From NCBI GenBank assembly GCA_964016885.1, contig OZ024740.1, positions 124,434,001 through 124,498,000 of the forward strand: DNA of 64,000 nt, given 5' to 3'. The position numbers and the translations under genes are program-made. This document shows, one piece after another, positions 40,901 to 52,663 of this stretch (its first letter is position 1; each line of letters starts with the position of its first letter). Origin of the DNA: Eledone cirrhosa. Its lineage: Eukaryota. Under the pieces are notes generated by a model that saw nothing but the letters and a program-made list of their open reading frames with translations, had not been told where the DNA came from and made no database searches.

Positions 40901-41555
40901 CCCACTATACAGGAGCAAATCATGGAATAGCTTAGATAGGGCTAGACATAAGATAGGGAAGGCCACATCATGGTACGACAACCAGAGATATCAGAGTGTC
41001 ATGTTTGTGGACGCCACCCCTGGAGGGAAATTAGCTAACCAGTGTAGAAAGGCCCTGAGAAAGACCCACTTAAAAATAAAGGTGGTAGAAAAGCCAGGAA
41101 CCACCATAAAATCCCTGATCAGCAAAACCTACCCTTTTAAGAAAACCCACTGTACCAATAGGAAATGTATCATATGTAAGGTGAACCCCCGGATAAACTG
41201 TAAAACTAGAAACGTAGTCTATAGCATAAGATGTACAGAGGGTACTTGCAGAAACACGACAACAACATACATAGGTGAGACAGCTCGTAGCATAGGTGAA
41301 AGGATAGACCAACACTGGGGGGAACTAAAAGGACGAAAAAACGGGTCAGTACTATACGAACATGCTAGACAACATCATGACGGTAACATAGACAACATAG
41401 AAATTAGAATAATATCTAAACATAGGAATGACCCAGCAGATAGGCAAATCAGAGAGGCCAGTGAAATAGAAATTAGAAGACCAAAGCTAAACAGAAAGAA
41501 TGAGTGGAACAACAACAACACCCAAACAAACAACACTGACCTAAGAGAAGTATAA
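37926..41555 (+). CDS. PLE polyprotein, second intact copy (1209 aa)
   Basis: Same translation except VKRC versus VKKC. Confidence 0.96.
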   Translation: MTLPKYNNICFDTRFHIKNLAKLIHRRYGISLCQAERLLKDTVFCYIKTTITTEQIRFLKHCVSSKTYTTNISKQVNNLLLNKTQAERLKHTITVNMKRTTYTKVNALYRQKRINGKEIRNLITANERDDFMSVIRRETKYAQNECCRHFKKKLEWMNKKKLQERKIEYSQKYPDNIDNIRMSDVKLPEEFTNDHTVNIYGNTLISEQEQQILKLPPKFAIYKKINPMECKTELEKCFTKIRWNAKVNNNNNNNGSSNINNNSGYRNNSHNHNNGRKVRNSDNGNNTSDRQNNNNHNNNNNRNVNHRHSNSDHSSNNGNNTNNNNNNNHSGNNGNSTCSNINKNKKHNNSNNHNGRNSSNNNNNGEVNNNTSSNHNNNNINAKDRNNNNHHDNNNSNTHNYDDRNNDNPLEKLFFNPADKTYKMGNIYPTRLPFNKRVCIPQQIDDETEAQFTIARNKIRQVVDRYTMRQSRPEAQQLGIKPVEGLVSLKQRTRDGEVVCLPTDKSGRMSIDSMPNYIEAMQPHITNTSEVAQLTHDGREKILNAHMMMWTDILKPSRRTANNFQASNNGIPPLYGLRKDHKTVDDPTIGPPTRPVCGANIASNYRISYFLSMVIRPIIKMSPDVCESTEDLLSRISECNKNRSLSNCIIGSMDVVSLYPSINIDFAVKRCVEMIIESEVEFCDVDTDELGLLLRLTYDTDYLDSHDLRCFCPSRPIRGRPPTITSMAKKTPIGRWIGWTKAIRTPQNTDQVRKMVAHAIGASIKTTLKGHIFKFNEKIYTQNEGAAIGVSIAGDVANLFMVWWERRLKDLLNESSIDLIMYSRYVDDINIVIRTPPLDSTNKFDLERSTMESIQQIANSIHQSITVTIDFPSKHPNNRLPVLDTELWINTIDERAQILHSHYAKPMASKYLILKNSAMSSSAKFNILIADLVRVMKNVSSMCDPTEMEGHIQHFINRMQFSGYNQRDRVRVYEGAMEKYKTLIELDMKGICPLYRSKSWNSLDRARHKIGKATSWYDNQRYQSVMFVDATPGGKLANQCRKALRKTHLKIKVVEKPGTTIKSLISKTYPFKKTHCTNRKCIICKVNPRINCKTRNVVYSIRCTEGTCRNTTTTYIGETARSIGERIDQHWGELKGRKNGSVLYEHARQHHDGNIDNIEIRIISKHRNDPADRQIREASEIEIRRPKLNRKNEWNNNNTQTNNTDLREV

Positions 41556-42238
41556 ATAAATAAGTAAATTAAATTAAATTAAATAAAATAAGATAAATAA
41601 ATACATACACAAGCACATAAACACACACTAGTCACCCAGCAGACAACACTATACACACTAGTCACACATCACACATCACACATAACACTATACACACACG
41701 CAAACGCATGCGCAAAGAAGACAAAATAAAATAAGATAAACAAACAAGCAAATAAATAAATAAATATATAGACAGACTGAACAAAAAAAAAAAAAAAAAT
41801 GGCGTAGACATACAACACAACAGGAGGAACAATGAATATAACACCACTGACGATGTTGCAGATGTGCAACGAAAGATTTATGTAAACTATATATATATGT
41901 GTTTGTCTATATTGTATCTGTATTATTTTTGACCGCCGGTCAGTCAATGGCAACATTGAGGACCGAGTAAGCTAGATCGCAGATATATATATATAAAAGA
42001 CAGCGAGAAGCGAAAACCAACCAAACAGTGAGTGTGTTCTGTTATTAATTCTGGCAATATTACGCAAATATGACCCTCCCCAAATATAACAATATCTGTT
42101 TCGACACACGATTTCATATAAAAAACCTCGCAAAACTAATTCATCGCCGCTATATATATATATATATATACATATGTCCCAAGGTTCTGATACCATCAAA
42201 AATATACACACAGAATTGGCATATCTAAGAACTGACAA

Positions 42239-42294
42239 ACTGCCTGATGAGGTCATAGCCATTCAATGGGTATCATCGAAATATATATAGCAGT
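42239..42294 (+). ncRNA. Minimal hammerhead ribozyme in a solo ~170-bp insert between (TA)n runs
   Basis: actgc-CTGATGA-ggtcatagcca...tgggtatcatc-GAAA-tatata-TA-gcagt; related to the HHR at 49085. Confidence 0.88.
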
Positions 42295-42360
42295 AAATAA
42301 AGGATTATGAGTTCAGGCAATTGACTTATGTTTCGTCACTATATATATATATATATATAT

Positions 42361-42549
42361 CATCATGATCATCATGATCATCATCGTTTAACGACCATCT
42401 TCCATGCTTGCATGGGTTTGGACGGGAGTTTTACCACTTGAGGCAAGAGTGGTTGTCTTGCTCGCATAGGACTGTCTGGTGGGTTTTCTACGGCTGGATG
42501 CCCTTCCTAACACCAACCACATTTACAGTGTGGACTGGGATATTTTTAC

Positions 42550-42550
<1 letters not shown>
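42361..42550 (-). mobile_element. Short RTE 3' end
   Basis: Duplicates the first ~190 bp of the adjacent RTE tail at 42585. Confidence 0.85.
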
Positions 42551-42582
<32 letters not shown>

Positions 42583-42584
42583 CA

Positions 42585-44427
42585 TCATCATGATCATCGT
42601 TTAACGTCCATGTTCCACGCTTGCATGGGTTTGGACGGGAGTTTTACCACTTGAGGCAAGAGTGGTTGCCTTGCTCACATAGGACTGTCTGGCGGGTTTT
42701 CTACAGCTGGATGCCCTTCCTAACACCAACCACATTTACAGTGTGGGACTGGGAGGTTTTTACCGTGTTGCCTACACGGCCACATTACAGCGTGGACTGT
42801 GTGTTTTTTTGTCGTGACACCTACACGACCTCATTTGTTTCGAACTAAATGTTATGGTACCAACATAACTTCACATTTAAGGAGGTGGTGTGGATGGGGT
42901 GGGGGTAGTGGGACGGGGGTGTATTTTTGTTAGAGGTGCCTACTGACTGTACGTTTCGCTTTGTACTTAGGCAAGGCGGGTCTTCTGTATAACTGTGTAG
43001 CTCCAAAGATCTCGGTCCAGTGACATTGTCTTGGAGAGGTGTAAGTGTGTGAGGTCGGAATTTATCAGGTCGTCCCAGGTTTTTCTGGGTCTGCCTACTC
43101 CGTGGCTACCGTCTATCTTTATTGCCCTGCACCTTTTTATACAGCTGTCGTCTTTCATGCGCATCACGTGACCATACCAACGTAGCCTTCTCTCGGGTAA
43201 ACAATATCTGATCCCTCTTATTTCTAATTTTCCCCTTAGTTCGTTTATGCTTTGCCGTTCACGTATATTACTATTACACATCCAGCGGAGCATGCAAGCT
43301 TCGTTCCTCTCTATTCTGCGTATATCGTCTGCACACAATGCCCAGGTCTCACTTCCATGCAGCATTGATGTTCGTATGCAGGCATCATACAGCCTGCCTT
43401 TCATTTTTAGGGAGAACCCTTTAGCGGCTAATAGTGGTATAAGCTCTCTGAACTTTTTCCATCCAGTTCTGACTCTAGCTACTGTACTTTCAGAGCACCT
43501 CCCCCGCTGCTGATTTTGTCACCCAGGTAACGGAAGCTGTCCACTATTTCTATAGAACCCTCTGCGCAATTGAAAGAGCTAGTATTTGTGGGCACTTGCT
43601 GCTACTTATTTCACCAGAGCACCGGCAACATGTAAAATCTATGTTCTTAGTTAGCTTACCTGTGATCCCACTACATCTTTTATGCACCCATACTTTGCAT
43701 TTGGTACATAAAATGGAGTTTCTACCTACGCCTTTCCTACACACAGAGCATGGCCATTTCCCGGAAGGGACTGGCGCCTTATTTTATTTCCTACAAACTA
43801 AAACTTTAGTCTTAGCCAGGTTAATTTTAAGGCCTTTTGATTCTAGGCCGTGCTTCCATGTTTGGAATTTCTTCTCTAGCTCGGCCTTTGATTCAGCTAT
43901 GAGCGTTAAATCATCTGCGTATAGGAGTTCCCATAGGGGGCTAAGAACAGAGCCCTGATGAACACCAACTTTTACGCTAAACTCTTCACTATATTCGTTG
44001 TTAATTCTAACCTTGCTGACTGTTTCTTTATACATGGCTTGTATAGCTCTCACAAGCCATTCATCAACACCTAGTTTTCTAAGAGCCCACCAGATAATGG
44101 AACGGGGGATTCTGTCGAAGGCTTTCTCCAAGTCGACAAAAGCTAAGTATAGGGGTTTACTTTTTGCTAGGTACTTCTCCTGTAGTTGTCGTACAATGGA
44201 AAGAGCGTCTGTGGTACTTTTGCCTGACACAAACCCGAACTGCATTTCATCTAGGTCAATTCTCTCTCTGATTAATTGCGCTATTACTTTTTCCGTGACC
44301 TTCATGACCTGGTCGATTAATTTAATGCCTCTATAGTTACTCCTATCTAGGGCGTCTCCTTTACCCTTATAACAGTTAACGATGATGCTGCTACGCCAGT
44401 CCTTCGGAACAACCCCATTCTGTATGA

Positions 44428-44430
<3 letters not shown>
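42585..44430 (-). mobile_element. 5'-truncated, disrupted RTE LINE
   Basis: RT fragments highly similar to the 1078-aa ORF; frameshifts and a stop; in-frame deletion joining SPL to WELLYADD. Confidence 0.95.
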
Positions 44431-44479
<49 letters not shown>

Positions 44480-44609
44480 AAAGTTCTATTTAAAATTGTT
44501 GGGATACAACAAGTAAATATTTTTATAACTGATATAAAGCACTCGACAAATTTTTGGAGTAGATATACGATATTAATATATGGAAACTATATTTATAAAA
44601 CCATATTTA

Positions 44610-44670
44610 TTTCATTATACATATTTCAGGGATACCACATTAAATTATGGTATGCCTTCATCAGACAAAA
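44610..44670 (-). ncRNA. Minimal hammerhead ribozyme
   Basis: Reverse complement of 45270-45330. Confidence 0.85.
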
Positions 44671-45269
44671 TACAATATATAACAGTTTTACAAATAGGTT
44701 TGACGTACCCTTTAAAATACAACCATTACTTTTGGAGGCTGTCTGGATAGTGATTTGTTCATATAATAACTCATTAGAGTTAGAAAAAGACGGAGAGAAA
44801 GAAAGAGAAAAGAACAAAGACAGAGAGAGAGAAAGAAAAGAGAAAGAAAACCTGGAGAAATATCGGAGAGAGAAAAGTATGGAGAAAAGAAAGAGATAGA
44901 TAAAGATAGGAGGAAATAAAAAAGAAAGTAAAGGAAGGAATTAGAAAAACTTTCCTTTGTTTTTCTTATTCCTTTGTTTTTTCTTAATCCTTCCTTTTCT
45001 TTATTTTTTATTTCCTCCTATCTTTATCTATCTCTTTCTTTTCTCCATACTTTTCTCTCTCTCTCCGATATTTTTCCAGGTTTTCTTTCTCTTTTCTTTC
45101 TCTCTCTCTGTCTTTCTTCTTTTCTCTTTCTTTCTCTCCGTCTTTTTCTAATTGTGCTTAACAGTATGACTTATTATATGAACAAATCACTATCCAGACA
45201 GCCTCCAAAAGTAATGGTTGTATTTTAAAGGGTACGTCAAACCTATTTGTAAAACTGTTATATATTGTA

Positions 45270-45330
45270 TTTTGTCTGATGAAGGCATACCATAATTTAA
45301 TGTGGTATCCCTGAAATATGTATAATGAAA
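45270..45330 (+). ncRNA. Minimal hammerhead ribozyme
   Basis: ttttgt-CTGATGA-aggcataccata...tgtggtatccct-GAAA-tatgta-TA-atgaaa. Confidence 0.85.
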
Positions 45331-45443
45331 TAAATATGGTTTTATAAATATAGTTTCCATTTATCAATATCGTATATATATATATATATATATAAAATAA
45401 AGTTAAATAAAAGTCAAATGATTAAAATTTAGCTTCGTTTATT

Positions 45444-45498
45444 ACTGCTATATATATTTCAGTGACAGCCATCTTTGGCTGTGACCTCTTCAGGCAGT
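45444..45498 (-). ncRNA. Minimal hammerhead ribozyme (inverted arm)
   Basis: Reverse complement of 49085-49139. Confidence 0.88.
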
Positions 45499-46724
45499 TT
45501 GAATTAGTATGGTATAGACAAGTACATATGTTGTTTAGGTGTATGATATTGTCAATACTCTGATATGCCCAGTTCCTTGCTGGGTTGTTAATTCACTGGG
45601 GAACTGGAGTCATATGAATTCAAACAAACAAATTTTCGTGTCACAGGTCCCCTTCTCCTCTCATTGGTCAGTTATTAGTGTTGTCATTGTTGGAGTTAGC
45701 TTAAAAATTGATAAAATGGTAGAAGGGACAAGGTGTTGAAGGAACAAAATATCAAAAAATGTGTCAAACTTCCCATTGTTCAGTTCTGAGAGCATTCCTC
45801 AGTCAGAAGTCTATAGAATTCTTTCTGGGGTGAGGCTCCCTGTAGTGTTTATGCCTGCTATTGTTCAGTACATTTGACCTCCACCATTATTTTGGTACTG
45901 TTGTTGTTGTAGTGGTCAGCTTATACCTTGCTGCTGCTAACAATTTAGAAGTATTCAGTTTGTGTTTTCTCTTCATCCCACCCGCCACCATCGTAGTGGT
46001 GGTGGCGGGGTGGGGGGGGGGGCGGTTCTTTCATGTATATGAAGAAATATAAGGCAATAAATGAAGAAAACAGAAGATAAATAAATAATATAATAAAATA
46101 AAATAATTAATATAATTTGTGTAATTTGAAAATAAATAAATAAATAGAGAATAAAGAATAAAGAGTAAATGAGAGATTGGTGAAAAAGTAATGATAATGT
46201 ATATGGAGAAGTGAGAAATAATGTAGGATAAAGTGTGTGTGTGTGTGTGCTATAACCAATCTCAAGGTCAGAATATGTTGGATAGATTGGTATGATACAA
46301 GATGTTAAGATGAGATATTCAGTGTGTTTGTGTTATAATCTATCTCAACTTAAAATAAATATAAGGTTATACAGTGAAGAGGGCAGAAAACAAATAACAA
46401 ATTAATAAAGAGAAATCAAGATTTAAGATTGGAACTTTAAAGTCAGAAATCTGGTAAATTAAAAGTGTTTGTGTTATAGATGTTGGCCAGATTATTATGG
46501 CTGTGTCCGATTCTATCTCTAGGCTATCATGGTGTCTGCTCCGCCTGGGTTGTTCCCTATGGCTTGAGGGGAGTTCACAACCTAGGGTGTTGTAATTGTC
46601 CATATAGCTTGAGGGAGGTCTGGCCGAGAGGTGTTTTCATGTTCTGTAGAAGTCCCTATAGCTTGAGGGGAGTTCACATCTTCTTGTGTTGCTACTGTCC
46701 ATATATTTTGAGAAAGGTCCCGGC

Positions 46725-47897
46725 AGAGCAAAATCAAATAGGCACCATGTACCAGACACCACCACACAGGCGGTGGGGACTAGTGCGCTTGACCACGAGA
46801 TGGAGCACAGTATGAGTAGCAGTCTCAGGCGTGATGCTAACTACCCCAAGACGGACAACCCCAACCGCAGGACACGTGGGGGGGGGGGGGGAGAAAACGG
46901 GCGACCACCCCACGATGGATCTCCCGGGACAGACAACAACCACCCCACAAATCCGGGCCGTGAAGATAACAAAAAGTATAGAGCCCAAAAGGGAAGCAAC
47001 AGTGCGGAAACCACCAGCAAACCAAGAAATCTCCAACAAATCACGAAGCCCCCAACCCACACATATAGGAGGAGACACCGACAAATCACGTGGTACAACC
47101 CACCCTACTCAGCGGCCCTAAAGAAAAGCTTGGCCCGATTGTTCTTTGGAGCACTTGACAAATGCTTCCCGAGGGACCACAGATACCACAGGATCTTCAA
47201 CAGACACACTGTGAAGCTTTCGTATTCCACCACGAGAAATTTGGCCCAACACATAGCTAGCATCAACAGAAGTAGGCTTAAAAACCACACACAACCAGAA
47301 GATGGCAATACAAACACTCAGCAGAACCATGTGAAAGGAGGGAAGGGGGGACCCAGAGCCCACCCAAGAAACGCAAACAGACCCAAGGACCCCCCACCGA
47401 GCATGGGGGAAGACCAACATGTAACACATAATGAGAACCCTAATCTAAGCACGCAGAGGCCGCCCACCCTCTGCAACTGTAGAAACCCCGAATCATGCCT
47501 CCTTGGTAATGAATGTCTCAAGAAGAACATAGTGTACGGTTGTAGGGTTAAAACCCCCAACTCCGAACACCTCTACATAGGAGCCACATCAACGAGCTTT
47601 AAGGACCGCTGGTACAACCATCGCCATTCATTCAAGAAGGAGGCCAAAAGGAAAAGCACAGCTCTCTCCGACCTGATCTGGAAGCTTAAGCTGGACAGGA
47701 CCCCATACTCTCTGGCCTGGTACATAATCAGGAAAGTACCACCCGATAAAGGGGGATCTTGCATATGCAAACTATGCCTGAACGAGACCCTCGAGATACT
47801 AAGAGGTGGAAGCGGCCTGATAAACCTCAGAACCGACTTCTTCGGGACATGCAGACACCTTAGAGCCGGGACCTTTCTCAAAATATATGGACAGTAG
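46725..47897 (+). CDS. C-terminal part of PLE ORF: linker plus GIY-YIG endonuclease (RT lost by truncation)
   Basis: ITWYNPPYS, KLSYS, CNCRNPESC (CxCx5C), NIVY...YIGAT, FKDRWYNH, CKLCLNE and CRH, the motif set described for Hydra-clade PLEs. Confidence 0.88.
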   Translation, partial: RAKSNRHHVPDTTTQAVGTSALDHEMEHSMSSSLRRDANYPKTDNPNRRTRGGGGGENGRPPHDGSPGTDNNHPTNPGREDNKKYRAQKGSNSAETTSKPRNLQQITKPPTHTYRRRHRQITWYNPPYSAALKKSLARLFFGALDKCFPRDHRYHRIFNRHTVKLSYSTTRNLAQHIASINRSRLKNHTQPEDGNTNTQQNHVKGGKGGPRAHPRNANRPKDPPPSMGEDQHVTHNENPNLSTQRPPTLCNCRNPESCLLGNECLKKNIVYGCRVKTPNSEHLYIGATSTSFKDRWYNHRHSFKKEAKRKSTALSDLIWKLKLDRTPYSLAWYIIRKVPPDKGGSCICKLCLNETLEILRGGSGLINLRTDFFGTCRHLRAGTFLKIYGQ

Positions 47898-49084
47898 CAA
47901 CACAAGAAGATGTGAACTCCCCTCAAGCTATAGGGACTTCTACAGAACATGTAAACACCTCTCGGCCAGACCTCCCTCAAGCTATATGGACAATTACAAC
48001 ACCCTAGGTTGTGAACTCCCCTAAAGCCATAGGGAACAACCCAGGCGGAGCAGACACCATGATAGCCTAGAGATAGAATCGGACACAGCCATAATAATCT
48101 GGCCAACATCTATAACACAAACACTTTTAATTTACCAGATTTCTGACTTTAAAGTTCCAATCTTAAATCTTGATTTCTCTTTATTAATTTGTTATTTGTT
48201 TTCTGCCCTCTTCACTGTATAACCTTATATTTATTTTAAGTTGAGATAGATTATAACACAAACACATTGAATATCTCATCTTAACATCTTGTATCATACC
48301 AATCTATCCAACATATTCTGACCTTGAGATTGGTTATAGCACACACACACACACACTTTATCCTACATTATTTCTCACTTCTCCATATACATTATCATTA
48401 CTTTTTCACCAATCTCTCATTTACTCTTTATTCTTTATTCTCTATTTATTTATTTATTTTCAAATTACACAAATTATATTAATTATTTTATTTTATTATA
48501 TTATTTATTTATCTTCTGTTTTCTTCATTTATTGCCTTATATTTCTTCATATACATGAAAGAACCGCCCCCACCCCGCCACCACCACTACGATGGTGGCG
48601 GGTGGGATGAAGAGAAAACACAAACTGAATACTTCTAAATTGTTAGCAGCAGCAAGGTATAAGCTGACCACTACAACAACAACAGTACCAAAATAATGGT
48701 GGAGGTCAAATGTACTGAACAATAGCAGGCATAAACACTACAGGGAGCCTCACCCCAGAAAGAATTCTATAGACTTCTGACTGAGGAATGCTCTCAGAAC
48801 TGAACAATGGGAAGTTTGACACATTTTTTGATATTTTGTTCCTTCAACACCTTGTCCCTTCTACCATTTTATCAATTTTTAAGCTAGCTCCAACAATGAC
48901 AACACTAATAACTGACCAATGAGAGGAGAAGGGGACCTGTGACACGAAAATTCGTTTGTTTGAATTCATATGACTCCAGTTCCCCAGTGAATTAACAACC
49001 CAGCAAGGAACTGGGCATATCAGAGTATTGACAATATCATACACCTAAACAACATATGTACTTGTCTATACCATACTAATTCAA

Positions 49085-49139
49085 ACTGCCTGAAGAGGTC
49101 ACAGCCAAAGATGGCTGTCACTGAAATATATATAGCAGT
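49085..49139 (+). ncRNA. Minimal hammerhead ribozyme
   Basis: actgc-CTGAAGA-ggtcacagcca-aaga-tggctgtcact-GAAA-tatata-TA-gcagt. Confidence 0.9.
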
Positions 49140-49285
49140 AATAAACGAAGCTAAATTTTAATCATTTGACTTTTATTTAACTTTATTTTACACTACTCCG
49201 GAGTAACCAAACCAACCTGCGCACTTCGTCGAGTGCTCCAGCCTGCATACTGAGGTGTTGGTATACAACCAACATAAACTCAAAA

Positions 49286-49344
<59 letters not shown>

Positions 49345-51097
49345 TTATTTAGTTAGGATTAGCAATGAATATAACGAGGAATTTAGCGTACAGGTTGGGG
49401 TCCACCAGGGCTCTCTTCTTAGCCCTCTCCTGTTCATCATAGTCCTGCAGGCAATAACGGAGGAGTTTAAGACCGGATGCCCATGGGAACTCCTGTATGC
49501 TGATGACCTTGCATTTATAGCTGAATCTATGGTAGAACTAGAGCAGAAATTCCAAACTTGGAAGCAGGGACTAGAAAGAAAGGGTCTCAAAGTCAATATA
49601 ACAAAGACTAAGGTCTTTGTAAGTAGACGAGAAAACAGAACCCAGATCACCTCAGGGAAATGGCCTTGCTCAGTATGTAAGAAAGGTGTAGGTAGGAACT
49701 CCATTCTCTGCCCCAAATGCAAACAATGGGTACACAAGAGATGTAGCGGGATCTCAGGAAGCTTAATTAAGAATGTAGGCTTCACATGCAGCAGCTTCAC
49801 TGGGACAGCAAGCAGCAAACAGCCACAGGAAACAAGTACCACCAATCTCTGGGAGGGCTCTGTAGAGACAGTAGACTGCTTCTGCTACCTAAGTGACCGA
49901 ATTAGCAGCGGAGGTGGGTGTTCAGAAAGTACAATAACTAGGGTAAGAACGGGATGGAAGAAGTTCAGGGAACTGCTAGCTGCAAAAGGCTTCTCCCTCA
50001 AAATGAAAGGCAGACTGTATGATGCGTGTATCCGAACAGCAATGTTACATGGTAGTGAGACCTGGGCGCTGAAGGTGGAAGACTTACGTAGATTAGAGAG
50101 AAACGAAGCCTGCATGCTCCGATGGATGTGTAATAGTAATATAAGCGAACGACAAAGCATAAATGAATTGAGAGAGAGACTGAGCATAAGAGGAATCAAA
50201 TGCTGTGTGCAGTAGAGGCGGATGCGTTGGTATGGACATGTGATGCGTATGAAGGATGACAGCTGCATAAAAAGGTGCAGAGCACTAGAAGTTGATGGAA
50301 ACCGCGGAGTGGGGAGACCCAAGATGACCTGGGATGAGGTGATAAAAGCCGACCTTGCCCAATTACACCTCTCAAAGGCGATGACACACGACCGTGACCT
50401 CTGGCGTCACGCAGTAATACAGAGTACCCGACCTCCCATGGGTACAAGCTGAAGCATATAGACAATATGCCCCCACAACCTCCCACTGCAAGGTCGTCGT
50501 GGAGGTGCCATGGCAAAAATCACCCAGCCCACACTGTAAAGTGGACGTGTTGGCGCCACGAAAAAGCACCCAGCACTCACTGTAAGTGAGGTTGGTGTTA
50601 GGAAGGGCACCCAGCTGTAGAAATCAAGCTGTAGCAAGAGTTGCCCCCCTTGTTGTGACGAAAACATCACCAATAGAGTAACGCTCTCTAGACAGGAAGT
50701 AGCTGGAGTTGCTTCCCGTTGGGGTGATAGAACCGTTTTTGTCACTTCCGGCAGAACCCTATAAAGGGAATAACTTTCAGCTCCCTCTCTCTTATTTGCC
50801 CTTTCGGCGCATTTGCCTGGCAACTAAAGGGTAACTAATAACTTTGCTTCATTCTCTCATCTATTCATTGACATGTCAACTATACTGTTCTATATATCCA
50901 CAAATTGTTAATTAAATATTATACACACAAACCACGTCTCTTGTTATACTTATACAACCCAGTATTTTGTTATAAAGCCAAATCAGTTCCTGTATGAGCA
51001 AGGCATGGTCAGCCGACCAGACACTGCCCACAACAGGACAACCCGTCTAACCCATGCTAGCGTGGAAGAACGGACGTAAAACTGTGATGATGATGAT
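49345..51097 (+). mobile_element. 5'-truncated RTE LINE of a second subfamily, 3'UTR interrupted by a solo LTR
   Basis: YADD RT segment, Cys-rich finger, MLHGSETW, premature stop at 50213-50215, (GAT)n tail. Confidence 0.92.
50630..50974 (+). mobile_element. Probable solo LTR (345 bp) with 4-bp TSD AAGC
   Basis: AAGC at 50626-50629 and 50975-50978; termini TGTAGCAA...TTGTTATA (decayed inverted repeat); internal TATAAA and ATTAAA; removal restores the RTE 3'UTR. Confidence 0.72.
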
Positions 51098-51534
51098 ATA
51101 TATATATATACTTATATATTTATATATACTTATATATATATACTTACATGCGCGCACGCACGTGTGTGTGTGTAGAGTTCGTTAACCCAATATTTCCAAT
51201 CTACATCGTCAAATTGAGCTCTTCACATGGATGTGTATATACCCAGACTTCCATTTTTTGGCTGATTCGGATGTGTGTATACCTTTTGCCATAACACACA
51301 CTTGAAGATATTGATGTTACAATTGTATCTTTACACGTACACAGAACACTGAACTGAACTTACTTGCGCGCACGCGCTTTTGTATGTGTGTGTAGCGTTG
51401 TTTAACCTAATATTTCCGATTTACATCGTCAAATTGAAATTTGACCGACATAATTTCTGTTGCTTTACGAAATAACTTTTCGGTGATTGCTGTGTTGGTA
51501 CATTCTTATATATGCTTTTTCTCGAATGTCGCTT

Positions 51535-51711
51535 CGGTGTGTGTTGGGGTGTATGTGTGCCCACCCACGCTAATTCTGAGGGTTTAATACTGTGTTGTTG
51601 TGTGTATATGTATTTATTTTTATTTTTATTTGGAGATATACAAAAGCGTTGAGAACTTAATATTGCTAACATAAAGTTATTGGACCTTTTTACACAACCA
51701 ATATTGCACCT

Positions 51712-51771
<60 letters not shown>

Positions 51772-52389
51772 AGGTGCAATATTGGTTGTGTAAAAAGGTC
51801 CAATAACTTTATGTTAGCAATATTAAGTTCTCAACGCTTTTGTATATCTCCAATTCCATTCGAGGGAACAGCTAGATGTTTTAAAACGAAGTATAAGTAT
51901 CAAAATGAAAATCCGAAGGCAAGGTAAAATTCCAATCATTTAATCACGACACATGTTTCAATAAGGGATAGATCGATTGTGAAGCCACGATCAATTATCA
52001 CTGATCTCATCAGGTGAAAATGAATTGTCTTCAAATTTCTTGATATGAGGGAGAAAAAACGATGTTACCTCACATAATTCATTCCCTCCTATGGAGACAC
52101 ACCAGTCAGTCAGAGATAAGGCGACTGCTATTAGCTTAAAATTGAGGTCACAAAAGTTTTCAGACTTCCATCGCTGCAAAAGACGCTGGACATCGAAACA
52201 AATCCGTAGGGATGCAGTCAGTCACAGTTAGAAGTAAGTGGATACACACATACTCCACACCCGCATACATCGGCTCGAGGTCAAATAAAATAAAAATAAG
52301 CATAAAAATAAATACATATACACACAACAACACAGTATTAAACCCGCAGAATTAGCGTGGGTGGGCACACATACACCCCAACACACACC

Positions 52390-52393
<4 letters not shown>
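51535..52393. mobile_element. Nested double inverted repeat containing an HHR element
   Basis: Inner perfect arms 51630-51716 / 51766-51853 around (TA)n; outer arms 51535-51630 / 52285-52393. Confidence 0.85.
51944..52017 (-). ncRNA. Hammerhead ribozyme with long stem II (GUC site)
   Basis: tcac-CTGATGA-gatcag...attgatcgtg-gctt-cacaatcgat...cttatt-GAAA-catgtg-TC-gtga. Confidence 0.8.
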
Positions 52394-52435
<42 letters not shown>

Positions 52436-52663
52436 TATTTACGTATCGAGAAAGAGAAGAAAAAAAGGGAGGATAGGTGATACATATAGTTATTTGCCAA
52501 GTAGCGTATGCCAAACGTGGTCGATACAAGTGCCGGCAGTATTAAATATTCGGAGTGTTAATATTTAGTGGGCTAGAGAGTTATTTTTGCGAGCAATGAA
52601 CCTTGATGTGGATTTAACCCCAAACATTTTTCCGAGCAATATAAGGAAACTTTTGATTATTTA

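Larger units (their letters stand above)
44478..45375 (-). mobile_element. Young non-coding HHR foldback (~400-bp arms, GA-rich body) in (TA)n
   Basis: 44562-44950 and 44960-45375 are inverted; ~85-bp unpaired tail at 44478-44561. Confidence 0.9.
45392..49290 (+). mobile_element. 5'-truncated Hydra-clade-like PLE with 1.33-kb 5' inverted repeat
   Basis: 45392-46724 is the reverse complement of ~47865-49190 with few mismatches; (TA)n flanks; HHR in both arms. Confidence 0.93.
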
